Of a stretch of DNA of 64,000 nt, positions 1 through 7,066 are shown piece after piece. Where the stretch lies: assembly GCA_002441145.1 (NCBI GenBank), contig DJVK01000006.1, forward strand, positions 41 to 64,040. Direction: 5' to 3'. Under the pieces are notes generated by a model. It had not been told where the DNA came from. It ran no database searches and was given only the letters and a program-made list of their open reading frames with translations. Source of the DNA: Candidatus Saccharibacteria bacterium UBA6258. Lineage in GTDB: Bacteria; Patescibacteriota; Saccharimonadia; Saccharimonadales; Saccharimonadaceae. Within the stretch, counting starts at the first letter, position 1; each line of letters opens with the position of its first letter. The translations under genes were made by a program, and so were the position numbers.

Positions 1-82
1 TGTCATCGCAAAACTCGATACAGCCAGCTAGCCCATGGCTAGACTTTTATCTCTGTTTTTAGTAAAATAACACTTGCCGTCT

Positions 83-229
83 GATCTCATCGTCTAACGT
101 GAGGATTGCCAGTGGCAATTCGCAAGGCCGGAAGCCGGATGGAATTTATTCCACCAACCGAGGCGGGGTCGAGCGCAATTCCAAAGGAATCGACGGGTGA
201 CTAGGACATCAGGTTCTCATCCATCCGCA
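83..229 (+). pseudogene. tRNA-Glu-like remnant (anticodon-loop CTC) split by a ~96-nt hairpin-rich insert
   Basis: 83-105 GATCTCATCGTCTAACGTGAGGA matches the acceptor/D-arm of the intact tRNA-Glu at 260 (GGTCTCATCGTCTAACGGTTAGGA). 202-222 TAGGACATCAGGTTCTCATCC matches its D/anticodon arm (TAGGACACCAGGTTTTCATCC). No T-arm or 3' acceptor strand follows. Confidence 0.4.
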
Positions 230-259
230 CCAAGTACATTTCATACAACACAACATCAT

Positions 260-334
260 GGTCTCATCGTCTAACGGTTAGGACACCAGGTTTTCATCCT
301 GGCAATCCGGGTTCGATTCCCGGTGAGATCACCA
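260..334 (+). tRNA. tRNA-Glu (anticodon UUC), CCA encoded
   Basis: Manual cloverleaf: acceptor GGTCTCA/TGAGATC; anticodon stem CCAGG/CCTGG with loop TTTTCAT; T-arm CCGGG-TTCGATT-CCCGG; discriminator A plus CCA. Confidence 0.9.
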
Positions 335-342
335 TAGAAAGA

Positions 343-367
343 ACGTCACCCTTTGGTGGCGTTTTTT
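343..367 (+). terminator. intrinsic terminator after tRNA-Glu
   Basis: Hairpin ACGTCACC-CTTT-GGTGGCGT followed by a T run. Confidence 0.7.
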
Positions 368-388
368 CTATAGCGCATTTCTGCGCGG

Positions 389-445
389 GGATCGAACCCG
401 TCGCGGTTCGCTAATGCCCGGCAACTTGTTGCGACGGCGCATTAT
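389..445. repeat. 57-nt structured element, copy 1 (paralog at 57578-57634)
   Basis: 53/57 identical to copy 2 by manual alignment. Internal hairpin GCAA-CTTG-TTGC. Enclosing pairing CCGTC...GACGG. Confidence 0.8.
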
Positions 446-452
446 ACAAAGT

Positions 453-469
453 ATTCCCGGTGAGATCAC
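453..469 (+). repeat. perfect 17-nt direct repeat of the tRNA-Glu 3' end (att-like)
   Basis: ATTCCCGGTGAGATCAC at 316-332 (inside the tRNA) and again at 453-469. Decayed copies at 499-515 and 520-536. Confidence 0.8.
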
Positions 470-622
470 GTGAAGTTTCGGGGTCGCGGAACGTGACCGA
501 TTCCCTGATTAATGAAAATTATTCCTGGTGAATTCCTGCCTTGCTGGTTTTTTAACAACAAACGTGCTATAGTCCGATTAGTATCAGGTGGATAAGTGTT
601 ACCAATTGAGAAGGGGAAAGAC

Positions 623-3058
623 ATGACCATTCAGCGAGACCGCACTAAGTTCGGTTACTTACTTACAAATAGAATTATTAAACGAGCAGGACTACTATTG
701 CTCGCAGTGGCGTTGATTGCGCAGCCATTTGGCACACTGGTAAGTGCGCTACAGGTAATTAATTATACAAATACAGCCTTTACTCCCGCAGAAGTTAGTA
801 CTAACTGGTTCAAAGATCGTACATTGCCGTCTGGTAACTACGGTTCGGTAGGCTTTGGCGACCGCACTAATGTGCTTGAGATGAATGTAGATAAAAATAT
901 TACAAGTCCTTTGGGCGAATGGTACTGGACCGAGGGTCTACAGCGTGATATCCCAAACAGTGACGGCATAAAAGCCGACGTGTACGTGGATAGCAGCTGG
1001 ACTGGTAAAAAAGTACGCGCAGGACTTTGGGGCGTGGGCAATACTCAAACGGGCGCGTTAAGCGACTCGTACCCAATCATCGAATTTACCACGGATGGCT
1101 ACACGGGTTGGCGAGTTTGGGACGCGACTGTCGGGTGGGTTTCACTACCCGGCATAGCTTACAATACTGACGGCTGGAATACCGTTGCAATCAAACACAA
1201 CGATGCAAATGACACCTATACCTTCGGAGTAAACGGAACGGATGTAAAAACGATTCAGGCAAATGTAGCTACGGATCATTTTGGTGCGGCTATTCTAAAT
1301 AGCAGGAACTATGCACTGGACAACTACAATGTTCACTGGAGCAATTTTGCATACGGTAGTTACGACTTTGTAGCCGAGATTCCAACTAATGCTAAGTTCA
1401 CTAATCCATCGGTATGCGGTGGCGCAACAAACCAAAAGGTTACAGTCGCGACATGGTCGCCAGTAGTAGATGCTGCGTCGTACGTATATAAGGTGTGGAA
1501 AGATGGCGACGCAAAGTACGGGTCATTCAATAGCGCATATACCGTGAATGTCAGTGGCACTTCGCAACCGGGTGAGTTTAATATCGGTGAGGGTATATAT
1601 CGCTTTGCAGTACAGGCTATCTATGCCAACGGTGAAAAATCTGGATGGTCAACCCCTTGTTCTGCAACGTATGACACGACTGCGCCAGCATCAACTACGC
1701 TAGTTAGCCCAGGTAACGGAAGTATCGTGAACGGCGCCAGCCTAACGCAGAAATGGAATGCTTCTACTAGCTCTGACGTACACCACTATGTTTACGAAAG
1801 TTACAATGACGCCGCAGCAGCGAGCTTACGATGGAGCCAAAATGTTAGTGGTACAAGCAAGACAGCTACCGGCGTAGCCGACACGACATATTGGTGGAGG
1901 GTCAAAGCGGTTGATGCTGCCAGTAACCAAAGCAGTTGGAGTCCACTATGGAAGCTTACTGTCGATAATATCGCACCAGTGGTTAATATTATCGCTCCTA
2001 CTGAAGGTGAGATAGTACGTGGTTTAGTGAACGTTGTAGGCGCGGTTACCGATGCTAATCCACAGAACAGCTATTTCTTGATTACTGGACCTAACAATTA
2101 TAGTAAACCTAGTTTCTTTGGAGATGGACGCAAAACCCATGAATATAATTGGGATACAACAAACGTTCCACAAAATGGAACATATACAATTAAGTTTGAG
2201 GCTAAGGATAAAGCTGGTAATAAAGACCCCGGCTCAGTTAAGACTATTAAAGTTGAAGTAAATAATCCACTACCTACTCTTGATAAAGAAGACTTCGGTG
2301 TTGGTTCTTGGACGATTGCAAATAACGGATTCACTGGGTTTAACGTCGGCTTTAGCATTCACGACTTTAAAACTGTGAGTAATATGACCGTCGATCTTTA
2401 TAACAAGGATGGCAAGATTGATACAAATACAGCAAGCTCGGCATTGCTAACGATGGTAAATGCTGGTGACTCAAAAGTGCTCCCTAGCTTGAGCACCCCA
2501 TTTGTTACACAAGGTAACTTAATTGACGACTGGTGTAACGGTAGCGCATGTTGGAACATGGGCGGCTATGAATGGGAATCTAAAGATAAAATTCCAGCTA
2601 AAGCTGTAATAACCGTAGTCGGTACAGATGTGTACGGTAAGCCTGTAATTAAAACCGTTGAAAATACACAGTTTAGTGAAGCAGCAGGTGAATATACGAC
2701 TATCTTGCCTCACTTGATATTCTTGCCAGCCCCTGTAGGTCAAACTCCAGCTGCAAATAATGTCGGTGGCAATAATGAACAGGCAGCTACTGTACGGAAT
2801 GTTACCCCGACTGTACGAGTAAATACTCCAGCGGAGCCTGAAGTCGTCGTAGTTGAAGATGACGAACAAGGTGAGGTCCTTGGCGCATCTACCGATAAGA
2901 CGGCGGTACTCGCTGCAACTGATACAGCAGCAGACGAAGATGAACAGCCTCAAGCATCTAACAAGGGTGTAGCTGGCTGGGTATGGTGGACAAGCGGTGG
3001 CGGCGCAGCCCTAACGGGTGCATGGTGGGCCCTTGCGGCTCTTCGACGTCGCGAATAG
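623..3058 (+). CDS. large secreted/surface protein: lectin (LamG)-like N-domain, FN3/Ig-like repeats, C-terminal Gly-rich + hydrophobic + RRRE tail
   Basis: ORF 596-3058. The ATG at 623 follows a purine-rich SD-like run (GAGAAGGGGAAAG). N-terminal hydrophobic segment LLLLAVALIAQPFGTLVSA. Repeat signatures WSPVVDAASYVYKVW and YWWRVKAVDAASNQSSWS. Tail TSGGGAALTGAWWALAALRRRE. Confidence 0.85.
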   Translation: MTIQRDRTKFGYLLTNRIIKRAGLLLLAVALIAQPFGTLVSALQVINYTNTAFTPAEVSTNWFKDRTLPSGNYGSVGFGDRTNVLEMNVDKNITSPLGEWYWTEGLQRDIPNSDGIKADVYVDSSWTGKKVRAGLWGVGNTQTGALSDSYPIIEFTTDGYTGWRVWDATVGWVSLPGIAYNTDGWNTVAIKHNDANDTYTFGVNGTDVKTIQANVATDHFGAAILNSRNYALDNYNVHWSNFAYGSYDFVAEIPTNAKFTNPSVCGGATNQKVTVATWSPVVDAASYVYKVWKDGDAKYGSFNSAYTVNVSGTSQPGEFNIGEGIYRFAVQAIYANGEKSGWSTPCSATYDTTAPASTTLVSPGNGSIVNGASLTQKWNASTSSDVHHYVYESYNDAAAASLRWSQNVSGTSKTATGVADTTYWWRVKAVDAASNQSSWSPLWKLTVDNIAPVVNIIAPTEGEIVRGLVNVVGAVTDANPQNSYFLITGPNNYSKPSFFGDGRKTHEYNWDTTNVPQNGTYTIKFEAKDKAGNKDPGSVKTIKVEVNNPLPTLDKEDFGVGSWTIANNGFTGFNVGFSIHDFKTVSNMTVDLYNKDGKIDTNTASSALLTMVNAGDSKVLPSLSTPFVTQGNLIDDWCNGSACWNMGGYEWESKDKIPAKAVITVVGTDVYGKPVIKTVENTQFSEAAGEYTTILPHLIFLPAPVGQTPAANNVGGNNEQAATVRNVTPTVRVNTPAEPEVVVVEDDEQGEVLGASTDKTAVLAATDTAADEDEQPQASNKGVAGWVWWTSGGGAALTGAWWALAALRRRE

Positions 3059-3075
3059 TGACTCTTATATAAACA

Positions 3076-3105
3076 AATGAGCCGGTAGTAAACCGGCTCA
3101 TTTTT
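3076..3105. terminator. bidirectional intrinsic terminator
   Basis: TGAGCCGGT-AGTAA-ACCGGCTCA flanked by an A run and a T run. Lies between the convergent genes ending at 3058 (+) and 3224 (-). Confidence 0.8.
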
Positions 3106-3223
3106 ATACGTAATTTAAGAGAGGCTACTGCCACCGACGCAAACGCATCAAGCATGGCAATAACCTCTTCGGGATAATTATTTATTGTCAGTCCCGCAGC
3201 TGACATTGGTAGTTGGAGCTCCC

Positions 3224-3559
3224 CTAGTGCAAGGGGATGATAGCGGCCGTGCGCACCTGGTTGAGCTGGTGCTCAAGCGGTACTAGACCGACTGCGTTGT
3301 GATGCTCTCGCATCACACTCGTGCTGACCGTGATGATGCATCTTCCTGCGCCCGAGAAGTACAAACGAGCGCAGTCGCTCACCTGGACTGCAACGGTCGT
3401 CCCATCTCCTCGCAGGGAGAGTTGGAACCAGACGCCTCCAGGGGGCGCCTCGGCGATCAGGGGCATCGGAGTCGTGGCGCCCATTGCTGTCGCCTCGGCT
3501 AGCTTATCGCTCACCACGTTCGCGGCGAGTTGTGCTAGCATCGTATCGGCTTTGATCAT
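3224..3559 (-). CDS. GC-rich orphan hypothetical protein (111 aa from the ATG at 3559)
   Basis: The ORF track gives 3224-3568 with a GTG start, but AGGAG (3572-3568) overlaps that GTG and sits 8 nt before the ATG at 3559. Third codon positions are mostly G/C. Hand counts are 34-43 G+C per 60 nt across 3241-3480. No family recognised. Confidence 0.65.
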   Translation of the reverse strand: MIKADTMLAQLAANVVSDKLAEATAMGATTPMPLIAEAPPGGVWFQLSLRGDGTTVAVQVSDCARLYFSGAGRCIITVSTSVMREHHNAVGLVPLEHQLNQVRTAAIIPLH

Positions 3560-3638
3560 CGGTATCACTCCTTGAAAAGAACAAAAGAGCAGGTACTATA
3601 CCTCTCTCGAATGAGGCTAACTTTGGTGGCCTCTTACT

Positions 3639-3667
3639 ATTGTATCACTTTTTAGTATAAATGTCAA
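3639..3667 (-). promoter_or_regulatory. consensus sigma70-type promoter for the GC-rich ORF
   Basis: Minus strand reads TTGACA-17 nt-TACAAT (-35 at 3667-3662, -10 at 3644-3639). Confidence 0.6.
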
Positions 3668-3765
3668 TTTGGTAACGCCTAACCTTGTCATACAATTACC
3701 TCGCCGGGGAAGCGAGGTAATTGGGCCTGGATGCCGTTAGATATGAGTGGGTAGGGTATATCTAT

Positions 3766-4674
3766 TTAGGCGGCAAGTACCTCGTCTTGATGTCCGGGAG
3801 GCACCCAGCCATCAGTAGTTGTATTGAATGAGTCTTCAATGCCAACTTCTACGTCGATGTTAGTCTCAGTGGTCGTCTCTGTAGTTGTCGTATTGTTAGA
3901 GTCGTTAATCTCAGTCGAAGTTTCGTTATTGAATGAATCCTCGGTGTTTACGGAGTTGTCGGTATTGGTTACCTCGTGATTGAACGAGTCGTTTACGATA
4001 GTAGTATTAGTCTCGGTAGTAGTATTATACGAATCCTCGTTAAAGCTATCATCGATAGAGGTATTAGTGGTCGTCGTTTCGTTGTTGACGCCGATGTCTA
4101 CATTCTTTGCATCTTCAACGCTGATCTCGGTAGATGTAGAGTTGTTTGAGCCGACAGTGTTGTGACTGTTCGTGTGGTTAACAATCGAGCTCGAACTGTT
4201 GTAGACCTGTGACATGTACGAATAGTATGCGTGCCATGCCGAGGCTGTTTCGGCTGGAGGGGTAACATTGCCGCGCCCGCCTACTTGCCGCATAGATGGT
4301 GCACCCATCATGGATACGGTCGATACGGCACCACCACCTGCTCCCATGCCGCCTGCAGCTGCTTGCTCCATATCAGGTTCGGTACAACTACCGCCGCCTA
4401 GCGATACGGTACTTTTTGCGTCGCCCGATTCTGCGCTTGCTAAGTAGCCTTGGTTATATGCATAGACGAACTTTGCATAATCAGCTTGAGCGCCGGTACT
4501 TTGCGATGAGGTCGCCGAAGTTTGACCTTCGAGAGCGCTTACGCCGTTGTTCGGTGAATACATAGAGGCTACAAGCGGTACAGCCGCTAATATACCTACA
4601 AACGACGCCGCCGCAGTAGAAATTAATGTCTTCTTTTCTTTAGTGCTAGAGTGTAACATAAACAAATCTCGCAA
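3766..4674 (-). CDS. secreted/anchored protein with an Asn/Thr/Ser/Asp-rich C-terminal region carrying reiterated DSFN motifs
   Basis: N-terminal hydrophobic segment LISTAAASFVGILAAVPLVA. Five (D/E)DS(F/Y)N motifs. The track start is TTG at 4674; an ATG at 4659 is an alternative start. Confidence 0.7.
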   Translation of the reverse strand: MRDLFMLHSSTKEKKTLISTAAASFVGILAAVPLVASMYSPNNGVSALEGQTSATSSQSTGAQADYAKFVYAYNQGYLASAESGDAKSTVSLGGGSCTEPDMEQAAAGGMGAGGGAVSTVSMMGAPSMRQVGGRGNVTPPAETASAWHAYYSYMSQVYNSSSSIVNHTNSHNTVGSNNSTSTEISVEDAKNVDIGVNNETTTTNTSIDDSFNEDSYNTTTETNTTIVNDSFNHEVTNTDNSVNTEDSFNNETSTEINDSNNTTTTETTTETNIDVEVGIEDSFNTTTDGWVPPGHQDEVLAA

Positions 4675-4831
4675 TCCCTAACTACTCCACGTAGCTAGAT
4701 TAGATGTCTCGGAGGCGCTTCCAAGCCTGACTATACGTTATGTGAATTTATGGTTCAGTAACGAATCTTACATCAAGCTTGTGGTATTTATTACAGTTAC
4801 TAGAGGTGATGGCAAGAAAGTGTCAAAATAA

Positions 4832-5515
4832 TCATGGCATTTTTTGGTTTAATGGCCCCAAAAATTCCGATAAGCTTTCGTCACCGATGCGTTGCATTAG
4901 CTTGGACTTATCGATGATAAAATGCTTACGATCGTAGCTGATGATACCCTTGCGCTTCAATTTGATCAGCTCGGCTGCTGCCGTTTCGCGTGCCAGGCCC
5001 ATCATACTGGCAAAGGTGGCGTGTGTCAGTTGTATATTGATGGCAAATTGCCCGGGCTTGCATTCTTTACCGTAACGGTACAGCATATAATTTAACGTTA
5101 ATAGTACCTTTTCGGTTGCGCGTGACTGCTCGAGTGCAGAAACTTGCAGCATTAAACCCGTGTAATTTTTTAGCAAGTTCAAGAACAAGCGATCTTTTAG
5201 GTGCGGTTGTCTTTCGAGCAACCTAAGTAGCTCATCGCGTTCAATGGTCAACACTTCTGAAGTCTCGATAGCTTCGTAGTAGTACATTGTGGACGCCGAC
5301 ATTCCGAATATCCACCCCTCAGAAAAAAGGTCGCCCGCTGTTTTAAAGCCGGCGACCTGTTCTTCTCCAAAGTTCCCTAGGCGGTACATTTTAAAGCATC
5401 CGCTTATTACTATGTATACCTGTTTAGGAACCTCCCCTTGGTAGAGTAGGATAGTTCTTTTCTTTACCTTGCGCCGGGTAGTGGCGTACGGCAGATACTC
5501 TGCAACATCCTTCAT
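4832..5515 (-). CDS. Crp/Fnr-family transcriptional regulator
   Basis: cNMP-binding-like N-domain (LLYQGEVPKQVYIVISGCFKMY) and C-terminal HTH (THATFASMMGLARETAAAELIKLKRKGII). Confidence 0.85.
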   Translation of the reverse strand: MKDVAEYLPYATTRRKVKKRTILLYQGEVPKQVYIVISGCFKMYRLGNFGEEQVAGFKTAGDLFSEGWIFGMSASTMYYYEAIETSEVLTIERDELLRLLERQPHLKDRLFLNLLKNYTGLMLQVSALEQSRATEKVLLTLNYMLYRYGKECKPGQFAINIQLTHATFASMMGLARETAAAELIKLKRKGIISYDRKHFIIDKSKLMQRIGDESLSEFLGPLNQKMP

Positions 5516-5610
5516 CGTACTGTCATAATACCATTATTTTGTAATCGTGCGAAGTTTACGTTACTGTATGCGCCGATAAGACTGATAAATGCTTATGTTA
5601 TACTGTTAGC

Positions 5611-6120
5611 ATGATACGGAACCGCTCATTTAATAATGCATTTACAATCATAGAGCTACTTGTCGTACTGGTAATTATTTCGATACTCGTGGCGATAACA
5701 TACGTTAGCTATAGCTACATCCAAAACACCTCACGTATGACAGCTAAAGAGACCACAGCGACAACGGTCCATCAAAAAATGGATAAATATTTTTTGTATA
5801 ACGGCCATTATCCAGATACTGTCGCTATTGCGACTACCGACGAATCGTTGCTAAAACCACTTATGGGTGGCACGTTGTCGACGCAAATATCACCTTGTAC
5901 CGACAAGCTTAAAGTGTGCTTTTTAGCCTCTTTTGATGATACAGATATAGCGGCAGGCAATACAGGATACTCAATCGGCTACTGGGATTCTAATAGTAAC
6001 TTTTGGCGGGTAGTGCAATATGCACGTACGCCAAAGACGGGTGCGAGTACAGTTACTACGCGTAACTGTGGTGTTACTACCTCGTTAACCGCATCATACA
6101 GTACCTGCACGGCTATTTAG
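5611..6120 (+). CDS. type IV pilin-like protein (prepilin N-terminal methylation motif; Ala at -1)
   Basis: MIRNRSFNNA/FTIIELLVVLVIISILVAI. Confidence 0.8.
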   Translation: MIRNRSFNNAFTIIELLVVLVIISILVAITYVSYSYIQNTSRMTAKETTATTVHQKMDKYFLYNGHYPDTVAIATTDESLLKPLMGGTLSTQISPCTDKLKVCFLASFDDTDIAAGNTGYSIGYWDSNSNFWRVVQYARTPKTGASTVTTRNCGVTTSLTASYSTCTAI

Positions 6121-6999
6121 CTAGTACAGCGAGTAGATAGCATCTTTAACTGCAGTCACGGTCACCTGCGTGTTCTCGTGGAGCGTTTCGATTTCGCCAT
6201 CAAGCTGAACTGGCGTTACGTTGGTAGTCGTAAAGGTGTAGGTTTGCGCTTGTGGTGACTTTGCGTTACCAAAAATAACGGAACGTAGTAGTTCCCAAAG
6301 CAAGTGTAATTTGCCGTGGTAATCGAACGATATAATTTCGAATTTACCGTCATTCAGTTCATTCTGTTCGGTGTCGAGTTTGACGATTTTTGCCATGGCG
6401 GGAATATTTGCAAAGAGCAGGCTACTGTACAGATGCTCTTCACCGTCGTGAACAATAGTGAAAGGCTTAAACCTAGCAAATGATCGAACCACAATGAGCG
6501 CTTCGAGAAAACGATTTAATTTGTGTTGATTTAGTTCAACAGCGACTTCGGGCGTGATGCCAAGCCCGATGTATGAATGGGCAAAACGATCGATGGCCTT
6601 AGTTTTTATATGGAGCAGATCGAGCGGCTTAACATCGTGCGCCAGAATAAGTTCGGTTAGTGGGGCATCGCGTGTCGTACGCTTGTGATCGTTGGCATTG
6701 CCGGCGCCTATTATCGCGACTACCGGTGTTTTGTTGGTATCTTTTTTAGCGAGCATCACACCGTTGATTAGTTCGTTGTATCCACCGTCACCGCTGACAG
6801 ACACAATTAGCGGGTGATTGTATTGCGCGACGATTTCGGTCGCCATTTCGGCGGCATGGCCCGCATGGTTGGTCGGGTACATTTCGACAGTGATACCTTT
6901 TGCTTTTGCGTTATCACGAAAAGCCTCTGCCTTAGCAATGGCATTATTGGTGCTAATGGGATTATAGATAACAATTATCGCGTCGAAGGTATCGGGCAT
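6121..6999 (-). CDS. diacylglycerol/lipid kinase family protein (YegS/BmrU-like)
   Basis: DAGK catalytic-domain signature SVSGDGGYNELINGV; length 292 aa. Confidence 0.8.
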   Translation of the reverse strand: MPDTFDAIIVIYNPISTNNAIAKAEAFRDNAKAKGITVEMYPTNHAGHAAEMATEIVAQYNHPLIVSVSGDGGYNELINGVMLAKKDTNKTPVVAIIGAGNANDHKRTTRDAPLTELILAHDVKPLDLLHIKTKAIDRFAHSYIGLGITPEVAVELNQHKLNRFLEALIVVRSFARFKPFTIVHDGEEHLYSSLLFANIPAMAKIVKLDTEQNELNDGKFEIISFDYHGKLHLLWELLRSVIFGNAKSPQAQTYTFTTTNVTPVQLDGEIETLHENTQVTVTAVKDAIYSLY

Positions 7000-7011
7000 A
7001 TGTATTAGTAT

Positions 7012-7046
7012 AAATCAAAATCCCCCGCTCAGCTAAGAACGGGGGA
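7012..7046 (-). terminator. intrinsic terminator of the LPXTG gene
   Basis: Minus strand: TCCCCCG-12 nt-CGGGGGA followed by TTTTGATTT. Confidence 0.75.
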
Positions 7047-7066
7047 TGATTGATATTGTTTACCTT

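Noticed and set aside
106-201. Possible SRP RNA, tmRNA 5' end or RNase P fragment in the insert that splits the tRNA-Glu-like remnant (CCGGAAGCCGG; GGAATCGACGGG).
   Set aside because: These are only short resemblances. There is no GGAA-tetraloop/AGCA symmetric-loop context for SRP, no tRNA-like 3' end or tag ORF for tmRNA, and the segment is far too short for RNase P.
2958-3206. 82-aa minus-strand ORF downstream of the GC-rich orphan.
   Set aside because: It reads straight through the bidirectional terminator hairpin (3076-3105) and then antisense into the 3' end of the surface-protein gene. A transcript would end before its stop codon.
4675-4831. Possible CRP/FNR operator between the regulator and the repeat-protein gene (TGTGAATTTATGGTTC; ATCAAGCTTGTGG).
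   Set aside because: Only single half-sites match the TGTGA-N6-TCACA or TTGAT-N4-ATCAA consensus, and there is no convincing dyad.
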